Assembly: GCA_001770205.1 (NCBI GenBank)
Contig: MEQL01000025.1
Coordinates: forward strand, 1 to 64,000
Direction: 5' to 3'
Origin: Bdellovibrionales bacterium RIFOXYD12_FULL_39_22
GTDB taxonomy: Bacteria; Bdellovibrionota; Bacteriovoracia; Bacteriovoracales; Bacteriovoracaceae
DNA length: 64,000 bases
Both the position numbers and the translations under genes were made by a program. Positions 37,329-47,528 of the stretch are shown here, one piece after another (position 1 is the first letter of the stretch; every line of letters begins with the position of its first letter). The notes beneath the pieces were generated by a model that was not told the origin of the DNA, made no database searches, and saw only the letters and a list, made by a program, of their open reading frames with translations.

Positions 37329-38285
37329 ATGCTCGAAAATGAAAAAATTTTAGTTGTAGAAGATGATTCTGTTGATCGTCTTATATTTGAAAAATTTGCT
37401 AAACGCTCTGAATTTCAATATCCATATAAAATTGTTCCCTCCGTTGCCGAGGCCCATGCGGCCATAAATAGCGAGCAATTTGCGGCCATCGTCTCTGATT
37501 ATAATTTAGGAGATGGCACGGCATTGGATATTTTGCAGCGCCTGCGAGGTACTCCACTTATTGTGGTAACCGGACTAGGAGATGAAAAAGTGGCCGTCCG
37601 CGCACTAAAAAGTGGGGCCTATGATTATATTGTGAAAGAGCCTTCTGGTGGCCATCTCGAAACGATTCCGCTCTCTATTGAGCGGGCCATCGCGAATAAA
37701 AAGCAACAGGATGAATTGGCCAAATATAAAAAATATCTCGAAGAGATGGTGCAAGAGCGTACCGAAAAATTAAATAAAGAAATTACTCGCCATAAAGAAA
37801 CTTTACAAGTTTTAGAGGCCAGCCAAGCACAATTAAAACTTGCTTACACTGAGCTGCAAGAAAAAAATATTCTTCTAAAGGGTGTGCTTAGTCAAATCGA
37901 GAAAGAAAAAAATGTAGTCTATGAAAACATTGCCCAAAATATAGAACGTAATATTTTTCCCATGCTCAAGCAACTAAAGATTGGTGCCAATGAACACAAG
38001 TTGCCAACCTGTATGCGGACCATTGAACTTGTGGAAAAATATCTTCTGGATATCAATAAGGACTTCTTTAAAAGCCTCGAAGGATTGAAAATAAAATTAA
38101 CTCCAACCGAAATTAAGATTTGTCACTACATCAAGGCCGGGCATGGGATTAAGGAAATCAGTGAACTATTAAGTTGTTCAGCGGAAACAATTAAAGGACA
38201 TAATAAAAATATTCGCAAAAAAATTGGCATTAGCAACAGCAAGGTTTCCCTTAAGGCATATTTAGAAAAACTCTCCGATCTCTAG
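37329..38285 (+). CDS. Response regulator with coiled coil and LuxR-type HTH
   Basis: ILVVEDD, SDYNL, GAYDYIVK; LTPTEIKIC...G..IKEISELL..S.ETIKGH. Confidence 0.9.
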   Translation: MLENEKILVVEDDSVDRLIFEKFAKRSEFQYPYKIVPSVAEAHAAINSEQFAAIVSDYNLGDGTALDILQRLRGTPLIVVTGLGDEKVAVRALKSGAYDYIVKEPSGGHLETIPLSIERAIANKKQQDELAKYKKYLEEMVQERTEKLNKEITRHKETLQVLEASQAQLKLAYTELQEKNILLKGVLSQIEKEKNVVYENIAQNIERNIFPMLKQLKIGANEHKLPTCMRTIELVEKYLLDINKDFFKSLEGLKIKLTPTEIKICHYIKAGHGIKEISELLSCSAETIKGHNKNIRKKIGISNSKVSLKAYLEKLSDL

Positions 38286-38291
38286 AACTAT

Positions 38292-39854
38292 CTACTCCCA
38301 TTCAATAGTCCCTGGAGGTTTAGAAGTTATATCGTAAACCACTCGGGTAACTCCACTGACTTCGTTGGTAATTCTACTAGAGACCGTCTGTAAAAAGTTA
38401 TAGGGAAGGTCTGGCCAATTGGCGGTCATTCCATCAACACTATTTACAATCCTGAGACAAACTACCTCTTCATAAGCTCGGCCATCTCCTTTAACTCCAA
38501 CTGTTTTAACTGGTAAAAAAACCGTAAATGCTTGCCAAACATTATCGTAGAGCTGAAATTTTTCTAACTCCTCTAGTACAATTTGATCGGATTGCTGTAC
38601 GATGGCCACTCTCTCTTCACTAATTGGGCCCATGACTCTAATTCCAATACCCGGGCCAGGAAAGGGGTGGCGATAGATCCATCTTTTCGGTAATTCTAAT
38701 CTCTTCCCTAGTGCACGCACCTCATCTTTAAAAATCTCCCGCAGTGGCTCTAACAATTTAATATTCATCCTATCTGGCAATCCACCGACATTATGATGCG
38801 ACTTAATAGTCACCGATTTGCCTCCCTTGCCGTGAGGACTTTTTGATTCAATCACATCCGAATAAAGTGTGCCCTGTAAAAGCAAATCGAATTTAATTCC
38901 ATGCTCTTTTTCAAACTGTACAACTTTCTCTTGAAAGACATCTATAAACGTTGATCCAATAATTTTTCTCTTCGTTTCAGGATCACCAACTAATGCCAAC
39001 TTATCAAAAAAGAGTTTTTTAGCATCGATGATGTTAATATTCAGTCCGCTCTGCTCCATTAAAATTTTAATATGCGAATAATCTTGCGGCCGCAGTAGCC
39101 CATGATCTACAAAAAAACAAAATAAATTAGAGGGGTCTACTTGGGCAACAAGTTTTGCCGCCACCAAAGAATCAACTCCACCAGAGAATGCACATAAAAC
39201 TTTCTTTCCCTTTATAGCGTTTATCTGCTCTACAATTTCCAGATAAATAGTATCGGCACTCCAATCTTTTTGCAGATGTGCCATCTCTTTTAAAAAATAT
39301 TCTATAATCTCTCGTCCATATTGCGAATGATGAACTTCTGGATGAAATTGCAATCCCAAAATAGGCCGACTTTTATGGCGAATCCCGGCAACAATGCCAC
39401 TGCTGCTTTTTAAAACCACTTCAAGCTCATCTGAAATGGTAGCAACGTGATCGGCATGGCTCATCCAAACATCCAAAGTTTGTGGTAAATTGGCAAAACG
39501 AAATTTATCCTGAAGAAAAAAAATCAAAGCTCGGCCATACTCAAAAGTTTTTCCTTTCTGTACAGTGCCTTTAAAGTAATGACCTAAAAGCTGCATTCCA
39601 TAGCAAATTCCCAAAATAGGCATCTTCTCATTTTGAAAGAGAAAATTATAATTTTCATTATCTTCATATATCGACTGAGGCCCACCAGATAGAATAACTG
39701 CCCGCGGTAGTCGGCCATGAAAAAAGCGCTCTTTTGCATCTTCGACTGTTACAATTTCGCAGGAGTAGGCCAATTCTCTACACTTTCTGGCAATAAGTTG
39801 CGTGTATTGAGAGCCAAAATCGATGATAAGCACTTGTCTGATCTTTTTTATCAT
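38292..39854 (-). CDS. guaA: GMP synthase (glutamine-hydrolysing)
   Basis: DFGSQYTQLIAR, GICYGMQ, QFHPEV, SGGVDS, IKSHHNVGGLP, RHPFPGPG, TSKPPGTIEWE. Start moved to ATG 39854 (AGGAG RBS). Confidence 0.98.
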   Translation of the reverse strand: MIKKIRQVLIIDFGSQYTQLIARKCRELAYSCEIVTVEDAKERFFHGRLPRAVILSGGPQSIYEDNENYNFLFQNEKMPILGICYGMQLLGHYFKGTVQKGKTFEYGRALIFFLQDKFRFANLPQTLDVWMSHADHVATISDELEVVLKSSSGIVAGIRHKSRPILGLQFHPEVHHSQYGREIIEYFLKEMAHLQKDWSADTIYLEIVEQINAIKGKKVLCAFSGGVDSLVAAKLVAQVDPSNLFCFFVDHGLLRPQDYSHIKILMEQSGLNINIIDAKKLFFDKLALVGDPETKRKIIGSTFIDVFQEKVVQFEKEHGIKFDLLLQGTLYSDVIESKSPHGKGGKSVTIKSHHNVGGLPDRMNIKLLEPLREIFKDEVRALGKRLELPKRWIYRHPFPGPGIGIRVMGPISEERVAIVQQSDQIVLEELEKFQLYDNVWQAFTVFLPVKTVGVKGDGRAYEEVVCLRIVNSVDGMTANWPDLPYNFLQTVSSRITNEVSGVTRVVYDITSKPPGTIEWE

Positions 39855-39975
39855 ATTCTCTACTCCTAATTTCCATCTGCCGTTAAACAGAGAAAAATAT
39901 TTCCCCGGTTGACGCAACTAATTCCAAATAGAATACTGGTTAGATGCTGGTATTATTTTTTGAGGGATTGTAACA

Positions 39976-41328
39976 ATGAATCTTCTATATTTAAACAACA
40001 ATGATGAGCAAAGTGATCTGATCGCCCTCCAATTGGAAGGTGAAAGTAGCTATGATGTTTGTCTAGTTAATTCGGCCGAAGAGGCCATCGAGCTTTTAAA
40101 ATTCAAGCAAGATCAAATTCACCTCATCATTAGCGATCTAAATGAATGCCTATCTGATACCTGTTTGGTCTGTGCCCATATCATAAAATCATCTATTGAA
40201 AATATTCCCCTAATCCTTTTAGGCCAACCACCTGCTGTCGGACCTCGTGAAATTGAAATTGCCAAAGAAAAAATCACTATCAAACATATTAACAATTCCA
40301 AAAACATTGAAGAAATCGTTCAGATGGCCAATGATTTTTCCAACGAAATTGCCACTCGCAATGATAGTGAGTTTTGCAAAATTGCGCTTGTACGTTTTCT
40401 GCAATTTTCTTCCATAAATTGTGACGTTTTCATACGACTCTCGGAAGAAAAATTTATAAAGATCATTGCTAAAAATGACAGCTTCCGCCAAGAATTAATA
40501 ATTAAATTCATGAAAAAAGATTGCAAATATTTCTACGTTCATAAAAAAGATTTTAAAAGCTTTTCACTAGAATATGGAAAAAAAATTAGTGGTGATCTGT
40601 CCATAGAAAAAAAATCTCCCCACTCCCTCCTAAGTCAGACTCTCTTGCTACAAGTAAGTGGACTTGAGCTAATTCATGAACAGATAATGGGCCTTGGAAT
40701 TGATGAAGACGCAATCAAAAATGTGGATATTCTTCTTGAATCATGTATGGCCATGTTGAAAAAAAACAATCTTTTTAAAGAGATCCTAAAGGATGGCCTT
40801 AATGCCAACGAATATCATCACAAACACGCGCTACTAATTGCTTATTTATGTGGGGCAATTGCTATTCAAATGAGTTGGGATTTAGGAAAAACAGCAGAAA
40901 AATTAGTAATGGCCGCCCTTTTACACGACCAATATTTTGATGTCGGCCAGATGGGAGAAATTCATGATCTCCATCCTGAAAAAGTGGCCGAACGCCATCA
41001 GAAAATTCAGCAAATGGTTAAGGAGCACTCCGAAAAGGCCGCAGGCCTTGTTCGCGAAGGCCGAGGCCTTCCAATGGATGTAGACACTATCATAGCTTGC
41101 CATCATGAGCGTCCGGATGGAAGTGGATATCCAAGAGGAATGACTGCTCAAAATATTCCGGCACTGGCCGCGGCCTTTATTGTTGCCGAAGATTTTATTG
41201 TAAAAATTGTCGATAAAAAATTCGATAGCAATTTAATTGCTTCTGTTATGAGTGAGATGGATGCCTATTATTCTAGCGGCCATTTCGCCAAAATTATACC
41301 TGCACTAAAAATGGCGCTAGGCCTATAA
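39976..41328 (+). CDS. REC-like + HD-GYP domain protein (candidate cyclic dinucleotide phosphodiesterase)
   Basis: AALLHD, EH, HHERPDGSGYPRG. Confidence 0.82.
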   Translation: MNLLYLNNNDEQSDLIALQLEGESSYDVCLVNSAEEAIELLKFKQDQIHLIISDLNECLSDTCLVCAHIIKSSIENIPLILLGQPPAVGPREIEIAKEKITIKHINNSKNIEEIVQMANDFSNEIATRNDSEFCKIALVRFLQFSSINCDVFIRLSEEKFIKIIAKNDSFRQELIIKFMKKDCKYFYVHKKDFKSFSLEYGKKISGDLSIEKKSPHSLLSQTLLLQVSGLELIHEQIMGLGIDEDAIKNVDILLESCMAMLKKNNLFKEILKDGLNANEYHHKHALLIAYLCGAIAIQMSWDLGKTAEKLVMAALLHDQYFDVGQMGEIHDLHPEKVAERHQKIQQMVKEHSEKAAGLVREGRGLPMDVDTIIACHHERPDGSGYPRGMTAQNIPALAAAFIVAEDFIVKIVDKKFDSNLIASVMSEMDAYYSSGHFAKIIPALKMALGL

Positions 41329-41334
41329 TATAAT

Positions 41335-42465
41335 TTATAACTGACAACTAAACTCTGTTTCCGCTGAGTCTGTCTCTATCTTTTCGCAATCATTTTCATC
41401 GGTGCCATAATCACAAGCAGCATAAGAGGCCCCGGTACGGCCATCATCACACACCCCATCATTGGCAAAGCGACAATCATTGGCACTGCTACCTTGCTCA
41501 TAAATATCAAAACTGTAGATCGCAGATGGAAGAGCGGTTATTTTAGTGGCCCACTCCCCAGAACATCCTCCCACCGGACATTTTTTTGATTCATAACAAA
41601 CAGGAGTAGCGCTACTATTTGCCACTAAATCTTCCTCTCCACTAATCAGAAGGCCTTCTACTTCTAATGTCATATTATTAATTATAGGTGAACCAGAATT
41701 GCCCCCATAGCTGTCAAGGTTGGAAATAAAATAGGAGCTAGCAACCCCACGCACCGATCCATTAGTATCGGCCTTAAAGGGTAGTCCCATTGGATAACCT
41801 AGCACCGAGACCCGATCATCTGGGGCCACACTGCCATTTTTATTCTGACGCAACTTAAGCGGTAACCTATCTAACACCGGACGATCTAGACGAAAAATAG
41901 TATAGTCTACCCCCGAAACAGAAGTACTGCGATACAAAATTCGTTCACAGCTATAAACACTATCTTCCGATAAAACTTTTGGGCCGGTTTGATCAGCAGT
42001 TGAAGAGGCGATCGCATAATCAAAAAGTACACTAATTTCGTCACAATCAGCAGCATCCAGCACACAATGGCCGGCAGTTACCATAATGTCCGGAGCAATA
42101 AGGAAAGAAGAACAAAAGGCCAAAGAGTCTTGGGCGCGATATGGTTCGCTACTGCATAGGTTATAGGAATCACCATAAGAAGCAGAAAAAAAAGAAAAAC
42201 TCTCCGTGGCCAGATTTTCACGTAATCTACTAGTCGAAACTAAGGCCCCTACAGAGCGCGATAAATGCTGAATTTTTGTACTGCTCTGAAAAAACTCATG
42301 TCGGTCATCACTGCCATAGATGACTTTCTGCGAGATTTTTCCACATGATTGCCCTAAATCCTGAGTTTGCTCTTGCAGCAAATCTTCTTGATTTACCACT
42401 TTGGGGCCGCAAGAAAAAAGGGTGATGTTTAAAATAAGAATAATTAAAAATGAGGTTATTTTCAT
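41335..42465 (-). CDS. Trypsin-like (S1) serine protease lipoprotein with Cys-rich tail
   Basis: Lipobox LFSC, VIYGSDDR, TAGHC, DY, GNSGSP. Confidence 0.9.
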   Translation of the reverse strand: MKITSFLIILILNITLFSCGPKVVNQEDLLQEQTQDLGQSCGKISQKVIYGSDDRHEFFQSSTKIQHLSRSVGALVSTSRLRENLATESFSFFSASYGDSYNLCSSEPYRAQDSLAFCSSFLIAPDIMVTAGHCVLDAADCDEISVLFDYAIASSTADQTGPKVLSEDSVYSCERILYRSTSVSGVDYTIFRLDRPVLDRLPLKLRQNKNGSVAPDDRVSVLGYPMGLPFKADTNGSVRGVASSYFISNLDSYGGNSGSPIINNMTLEVEGLLISGEEDLVANSSATPVCYESKKCPVGGCSGEWATKITALPSAIYSFDIYEQGSSANDCRFANDGVCDDGRTGASYAACDYGTDENDCEKIETDSAETEFSCQL

Positions 42466-42477
42466 ATGGAGTAAAAC

Positions 42478-42578
42478 TGCAAAGGCGAGGCCATTTTAAA
42501 AGATATAAATTTGCAAGGTTGCAGTAGATAGAAAAAAGCTCATGTATAAAAAATACAAAGCTGTATAGAAGTTAGACG
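42478..42578 (-). promoter_or_regulatory. Sigma54 promoter TGGCCTCGCCTTTGCA (42493-42478) plus candidate enhancer site TGTATAGAAGTTAGACG (42562-42578, + strand)
   Basis: GG-N10-GC; ATG 12 nt after the TTGCA; enhancer-like 17-mer 68 bp upstream. Confidence 0.65.
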
Positions 42579-42587
42579 ATTATTCAA

Positions 42588-43658
42588 TTAAAAACGATAA
42601 GAAAATCCTAGCAAACCACGTAGGCCACCAAAAACCACGTTGTAACTTAAACCACCAGTAAGTGAATAACTTTCCTTGCGCGAATAATAGTCTGCAACGG
42701 CAGTAACTCCAAATCCATTTTCCCAAAAATACTTAACTCCCATTCCTCCATAATAAAAAAAACTTCCACCTTTGTCGTTGTTATTCGTCGTAGCAGAGGG
42801 AGAAGTTGTCGTTCCTACCCCCATTCCTAAAGTCAAAAAGGGAATCATACTTTTGTACGCCAGCGGATCTTCCAAGAAATGCCAGGTTAAATCTACCCCA
42901 AACTCAGCGGCCGCATAATAGTCCTCACTGTCTACGCCCTTAATAGTAGTAGCGGCAGAATGGTAGAAAATACCAGTGGAGAAGTTATGCAAAATACTAT
43001 TTTTATCTGCAAAATATTTCTCCAACCCAACAGTAAAAAACAGACTCGAAGAATCAGCACTTGCCCCTCCATAATAATCAGAATCACCAGAGGCCGAAGC
43101 AGATAATCCGGGGAAATATAGTTTAAAATAGAACTCCAGGGTACGCCCACTAATTCCCCCACTCCCGACAATATCAAAATCACCTTCTCCACGAATCATC
43201 TCCATTTCACTTTTATCATCTGCGTTCAAATTGCCGGCCGTAATAGAGGCATGTCCATAGCGTTCATCTGAACCCGGAACTTCGGGAATTTCGGGTGTTA
43301 ACATTTTAGTAGCATCAGAGGTCAGCTTTACTGCCGAAGAAATTTTCAAACTCATAACATTATCTTCTTTCACTTCACTATCATCCACTATGCGATATAC
43401 CGACCAAATAGAACGAGAAGGGGCAACTTTAATTAACACTCCACGAGCGACTACACCCGTAGTCACAAAAAATTTGGCATGATCCCCAACAAGAAGGCCA
43501 TCTTCCGTTCCCCGATTGACTAGAATTGTTTTTTTAGAATTAGAAACTCGCAAAATTCTCATGGTCAATTTTTCATCGATCTCCAATGCCAATAGTTGAA
43601 AAGCGCTCAGCATTACCAAAAAAAATACAAACACCTTTAATAACTCTACTTTTTTCAT
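42588..43658 (-). CDS. Putative outer-membrane protein (conserved N-domain + beta-barrel)
   Basis: Signal peptide; ILRVSNSKKTILVNRG..GL..GDHAKF; terminal FSYRF; paralog of 56670-57704. Confidence 0.65.
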   Translation of the reverse strand: MKKVELLKVFVFFLVMLSAFQLLALEIDEKLTMRILRVSNSKKTILVNRGTEDGLLVGDHAKFFVTTGVVARGVLIKVAPSRSIWSVYRIVDDSEVKEDNVMSLKISSAVKLTSDATKMLTPEIPEVPGSDERYGHASITAGNLNADDKSEMEMIRGEGDFDIVGSGGISGRTLEFYFKLYFPGLSASASGDSDYYGGASADSSSLFFTVGLEKYFADKNSILHNFSTGIFYHSAATTIKGVDSEDYYAAAEFGVDLTWHFLEDPLAYKSMIPFLTLGMGVGTTTSPSATTNNNDKGGSFFYYGGMGVKYFWENGFGVTAVADYYSRKESYSLTGGLSYNVVFGGLRGLLGFSYRF

Positions 43659-43667
43659 ATGACAGTC

Positions 43668-45203
43668 CTAATAGTAAAAAGAAAATCCAATTCCTATCCT
43701 CAAATTTTGATTCTCCACCATGCCACTAACTAGCTGGCCATAGGTCTCATTGGCAGAAAGTAACAACGTCTCATAGCTTAACACTAAATTCATCCCCGCT
43801 CCAAATCTAAAAAAATCGCCCAACTCATCTCCGCCGGAGAAACGATACTTCACCCCTAATTGATAGGAGGGCAGCGCCGATATTTGATAATCAACACTTC
43901 GACTCAAGTCTTCCGCATAAACTCGGGCGTTACCAAACTTAAATCCGGCACCCAGATAGCACATATAGCGACGAACTGATGATGGTGTATTATAAAAATA
44001 CCAATTAAGAGAACTTTTAAAATAATACTCCGATGAATAAGTATTAAGTGCTCCCGTTAAATAATAATTAATTCCTTGGTAGTAAAAAAATTCTGCGGAA
44101 AAAGAACTAAATAACTCTCCCGTTCTGGCCAAATTGAGATCATAACCAACCCCTAAATCCATTCCATGGCCTTGATTATCTGCATCTTCTGGTGCAGAAA
44201 GATTATTTATGGCCCAATCGTAGCGTAAAATAAGCTCGTGAGAGATTTTATTATTTAAAGCATTTTGTTGCCTTATTTTCTCATCCGCAATTCCTGTTTT
44301 CAAAACATAATAACGGAGCTCTTCATCTGAAAAGTTTGCTGACCACAAGGGGCCTTCTTGATCCATTTTATGAAGGGCGCCAGGAATTATCACTTGATCG
44401 GCCTGCTCACTTTTATCATATGTTTCAAAAAGACTGTCCAGCGCATCAATTGGCCGGCCCTCCTCTGTGGTGCGCCGATTATATCCACCGTCTGGAATCT
44501 CATCTTTTTCAAAAGCATTTAGTTGATTGACAAAAATTTTATCCGCTATCTCTTTTCTAATCGTCTTGCTGCGTCGATAATTTTCTTCTAAATTGGCCAA
44601 CGAAGAACCCACTTCCTGGCCATACTGTTCAAAATAATAAATATCTCCTTCCGACCAATTCTGGGCACGATTTTCCTCCACATCTTCCCAGCGATGTACC
44701 TTTGTTTGGGACAAAGTCGCTCGATCCTCACTATAGTTATCTTTTTTTACAACTATACGCTCAGGATGGCCTTGAACCTCCTGCGCCTTTGACTGCCCAC
44801 TCGGATAAACATTTTTCTTATGCAAAATTTTTAGAAAATCACGTCCCCCAACTACCTCGTTAACAGATATAAAAGATAGTTTTTCTCCAGCGATCAGGGC
44901 CGACGGCTCCTTCACTTTATCCAGATACCAATAGGAGTAGGTATCGTGAACTTTCACCGCCTCTCCTACTGCCACCTCTTGTAATATTCGTTCCCTACTA
45001 CTAATACGGTCTGCCGATGGGAGATAGAATTTCCCTCTATCTCCTATTTCAATTTTATCCAAAGAACCAACATCAATTTTAATGCTTTTTTTACTGCGAC
45101 TAATTTCTAAAATATTTATATCGTCAAGTGGAACATGCAAGGCCCAAGAACTCAGAGTTAAAAAACAGGTTAAAACTGTCAACTTTGTACTTTTTTTCAC
45201 CAT
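43668..45203 (-). CDS. Putative outer-membrane protein, same N-domain family
   Basis: ILEISRSKKSIKIDVG...IGDRGKF; beta-barrel-like C-terminus ending GFSFYY. Confidence 0.6.
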   Translation of the reverse strand: MVKKSTKLTVLTCFLTLSSWALHVPLDDINILEISRSKKSIKIDVGSLDKIEIGDRGKFYLPSADRISSRERILQEVAVGEAVKVHDTYSYWYLDKVKEPSALIAGEKLSFISVNEVVGGRDFLKILHKKNVYPSGQSKAQEVQGHPERIVVKKDNYSEDRATLSQTKVHRWEDVEENRAQNWSEGDIYYFEQYGQEVGSSLANLEENYRRSKTIRKEIADKIFVNQLNAFEKDEIPDGGYNRRTTEEGRPIDALDSLFETYDKSEQADQVIIPGALHKMDQEGPLWSANFSDEELRYYVLKTGIADEKIRQQNALNNKISHELILRYDWAINNLSAPEDADNQGHGMDLGVGYDLNLARTGELFSSFSAEFFYYQGINYYLTGALNTYSSEYYFKSSLNWYFYNTPSSVRRYMCYLGAGFKFGNARVYAEDLSRSVDYQISALPSYQLGVKYRFSGGDELGDFFRFGAGMNLVLSYETLLLSANETYGQLVSGMVENQNLRIGIGFSFYY

Positions 45204-45341
45204 CGCCTCTTGCTTTCGCTATAATGTAGTATTATCGCACTGCCTAAGGCCCAGTGCAAAGAGGCAAACATCTCCACATAACTTGACAAAAAGGCCTCTT
45301 TGGCCGATAAATGAGCAAATACTTTTAGCGAGGGCCTCCCC

Positions 45342-45566
45342 ATGTCAAAGAAAAAATTTAAAGAGACTTACGTCTGCAAATGTACTATCACCGGCCAAGA
45401 ATTTATCACCACCAAAAGGCCGGCCAATCCGGAAGAATTAATTTCTGTGAAGGCCTACTATCAACTCCACCAAGATGAAGATGATCGGCCAGAAAAAATT
45501 AAAATGAGATTGGCCTCAGTAGAGGCCAACACCCCATCAGGAGATGAGAGTGATGAACAGTCGTAA
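45342..45566 (+). CDS. Small hypothetical protein
   Basis: 74 aa (CKCTITGQEF...VKAYY); overlaps the trxB start; TTGACA element upstream at 45283. Confidence 0.6.
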   Translation: MSKKKFKETYVCKCTITGQEFITTKRPANPEELISVKAYYQLHQDEDDRPEKIKMRLASVEANTPSGDESDEQS

Positions 45567-46479
45567 TTGTATCATCGTCGGCACAGGCCCTGCCGGATAT
45601 ACTGCCGCCATCTATGCGGCGCGGGCCAATCTTGCACCTCTGATTATTGAAGGCAATCAACCAGGTGGACAACTAACCACCACCACCGAAGTAGAAAATT
45701 TTCCCGGTTTCCCCAACGGAATTGATGGGCCTCAGTTAATGGAGAACATGCGCAAACAGGCCACGCGCTTTGGTGCAGAATTTATGGCCACTTTGGCAAC
45801 AAGCGTTGATTTGAAAAAATACCCTTTTAAAGTGACGTTAGAAGATGGCCAAACAATAACTACTAAAAGTTTAATTGTGGCAACTGGTGCCAGTGCCAAA
45901 TATTTGGGAATACCTCACGAAAAAGAACTCATTGGCAAAGGGGTTAGTGCCTGTGCTACCTGCGATGGCTTCTTTTATCGGAATAAAATAGTTCACATTG
46001 TAGGTGGTGGGGATACTGCCATGGAAGAAGCAACTTTTTTAACAAAGTTTGCTTCCAAGGTTTTCGTCATTCACCGACGCGATTCTCTTAAGGCCTCCAA
46101 AGCAATGCAAGAACGTGCTTTTAGTAATCCTAAAATTGAATTTCTTTGGAATAGTACTGTTTCAAAAATTCTTTTTGATCAGGCCGGTGTTACTGGCATT
46201 GAATTAGAAAATTTAAAAGATGGCAGTAAAAAAGAGCGAAAGACAGATGGCCTTTTTATGGCCATTGGCCATCAACCCAATACCAATTTTTTAAATAAGC
46301 AGCTGGCATTAGATGATCATGGCTTTATCAAAACTCATGAAGGGCCTTATACCTCGGTAGAAGGAGTTTTTGCCTGTGGCGATGTCCAAGATCCTCATTT
46401 TCGCCAGGCCATTTCCGCGGCCGGAAGCGGATGCATGGCGGCCATCGCTGCTGAGCGTTTTATCTCCTCTAAAATGTAA
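45553..46479 (+). CDS. trxB: Thioredoxin reductase
   Basis: GTGPAGYTAAIYAARA, VENFPGF, CATCDG, GGGDTAMEEA, GVFACGDV. Confidence 0.98.
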   Translation: MNSRNCIIVGTGPAGYTAAIYAARANLAPLIIEGNQPGGQLTTTTEVENFPGFPNGIDGPQLMENMRKQATRFGAEFMATLATSVDLKKYPFKVTLEDGQTITTKSLIVATGASAKYLGIPHEKELIGKGVSACATCDGFFYRNKIVHIVGGGDTAMEEATFLTKFASKVFVIHRRDSLKASKAMQERAFSNPKIEFLWNSTVSKILFDQAGVTGIELENLKDGSKKERKTDGLFMAIGHQPNTNFLNKQLALDDHGFIKTHEGPYTSVEGVFACGDVQDPHFRQAISAAGSGCMAAIAAERFISSKM

Positions 46480-46488
46480 TTAGAAGTA

Positions 46489-47046
46489 CTAAATACCAAG
46501 ATGCAGTTTAGCAGCAATAATGGCCAAAAAGCTAAAAAGATAGAACCCAACTCCGCGCATAAAAATCCACCACCAGTTTGATAATTTCAAGGCCACTATC
46601 CAGGTAAAAATAGCATGGGCAATGAAACTAAATCCCATATAAAGGGAGCTGAGTTTTAGAAATTCTATAAATACAGGAATGGCCACCATGGCCTTAAATT
46701 CCTCCGGTAAATAGTTTTGATATTTAATTGAAAAAACGTAAAAAAGCGGTTGGCCCATAAAATAGGAAATAATAAATGTTATGCCAAAAAGTGCGCTTAA
46801 AATCACCGGCTGCATCTTAAAATGGAGTGAACTATTTTGACGATACGAAAAATAGGCCAACAATACAACCAGCAAAAAGGAGGTAATGGTCAACCAATCA
46901 ATCTCTCCAAAATAGTATAAGGAAAAAAGTAACTCAAATAATGCCATCAAAACGGCACTAATCAAAGCGGCCTTAAGATTGGATATACTATCTATTATGA
47001 CAAAAAGTAGCAGCGGAACAATACCCAAAAAAAGAGAAATACTCAT
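46489..47046 (-). CDS. YciB/IspZ-like inner membrane protein
   Basis: PLLLF start, five hydrophobic segments, FKMQP motif. Start moved to ATG 47046. Confidence 0.6.
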   Translation of the reverse strand: MSISLFLGIVPLLLFVIIDSISNLKAALISAVLMALFELLFSLYYFGEIDWLTITSFLLVVLLAYFSYRQNSSLHFKMQPVILSALFGITFIISYFMGQPLFYVFSIKYQNYLPEEFKAMVAIPVFIEFLKLSSLYMGFSFIAHAIFTWIVALKLSNWWWIFMRGVGFYLFSFLAIIAAKLHLGI

Positions 47047-47050
47047 GGAA

Positions 47051-47374
47051 TTAAAATCGCTTGGTTCGCCCATATTGACGGCGAAAGATTCCCTTCTTGG
47101 AAAAATCACTCTGCTTGGTCTGTCTGGTTTCGTCCGGAATATTATTTTTATCGGCACATTCACAGCATAGCCATTGTGCCGAGACGGTAGGATTTTTATG
47201 AAAATATTGTTCTACATCAGGGTAGGTCCGCTCACAATTATCGCAAAAATTTCTTTCCAGTTGATGTTGATTATATTTTATACTCTTGCCTTGCTCTTTC
47301 TTCGGCCGCTCATTTTCCCGCTTACTGGGTTTAAATCCCGCATCATTCAAAGCATCTTTTAAACTCTTAACCAT
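47051..47374 (-). CDS. Hypothetical basic protein with zinc-finger-like Cys pairs
   Basis: CDNC...WLCCEC; N-terminal SLKDAL..AG. Confidence 0.65.
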   Translation of the reverse strand: MVKSLKDALNDAGFKPSKRENERPKKEQGKSIKYNQHQLERNFCDNCERTYPDVEQYFHKNPTVSAQWLCCECADKNNIPDETRQTKQSDFSKKGIFRRQYGRTKRF

Positions 47375-47528
47375 AATTAAATCCCGTTAAACCATACAAG
47401 AAAACTCAAATGTATCAATAAATAAATACACAAAAAAAAAGTATTAGTAAATATGCTGTTGTACTTTCCTTGATAGCACTGGCCGGCCAGTATAAAATAA
47501 AGGGTAAATTGTATCGGAGGAATGAGCT

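Noticed and set aside
45303..45310. GCCGATAA as a sigma28 -10 element
   Set aside because: No TAAA at N15; the upstream TTGACA fits a sigma70-type promoter better.
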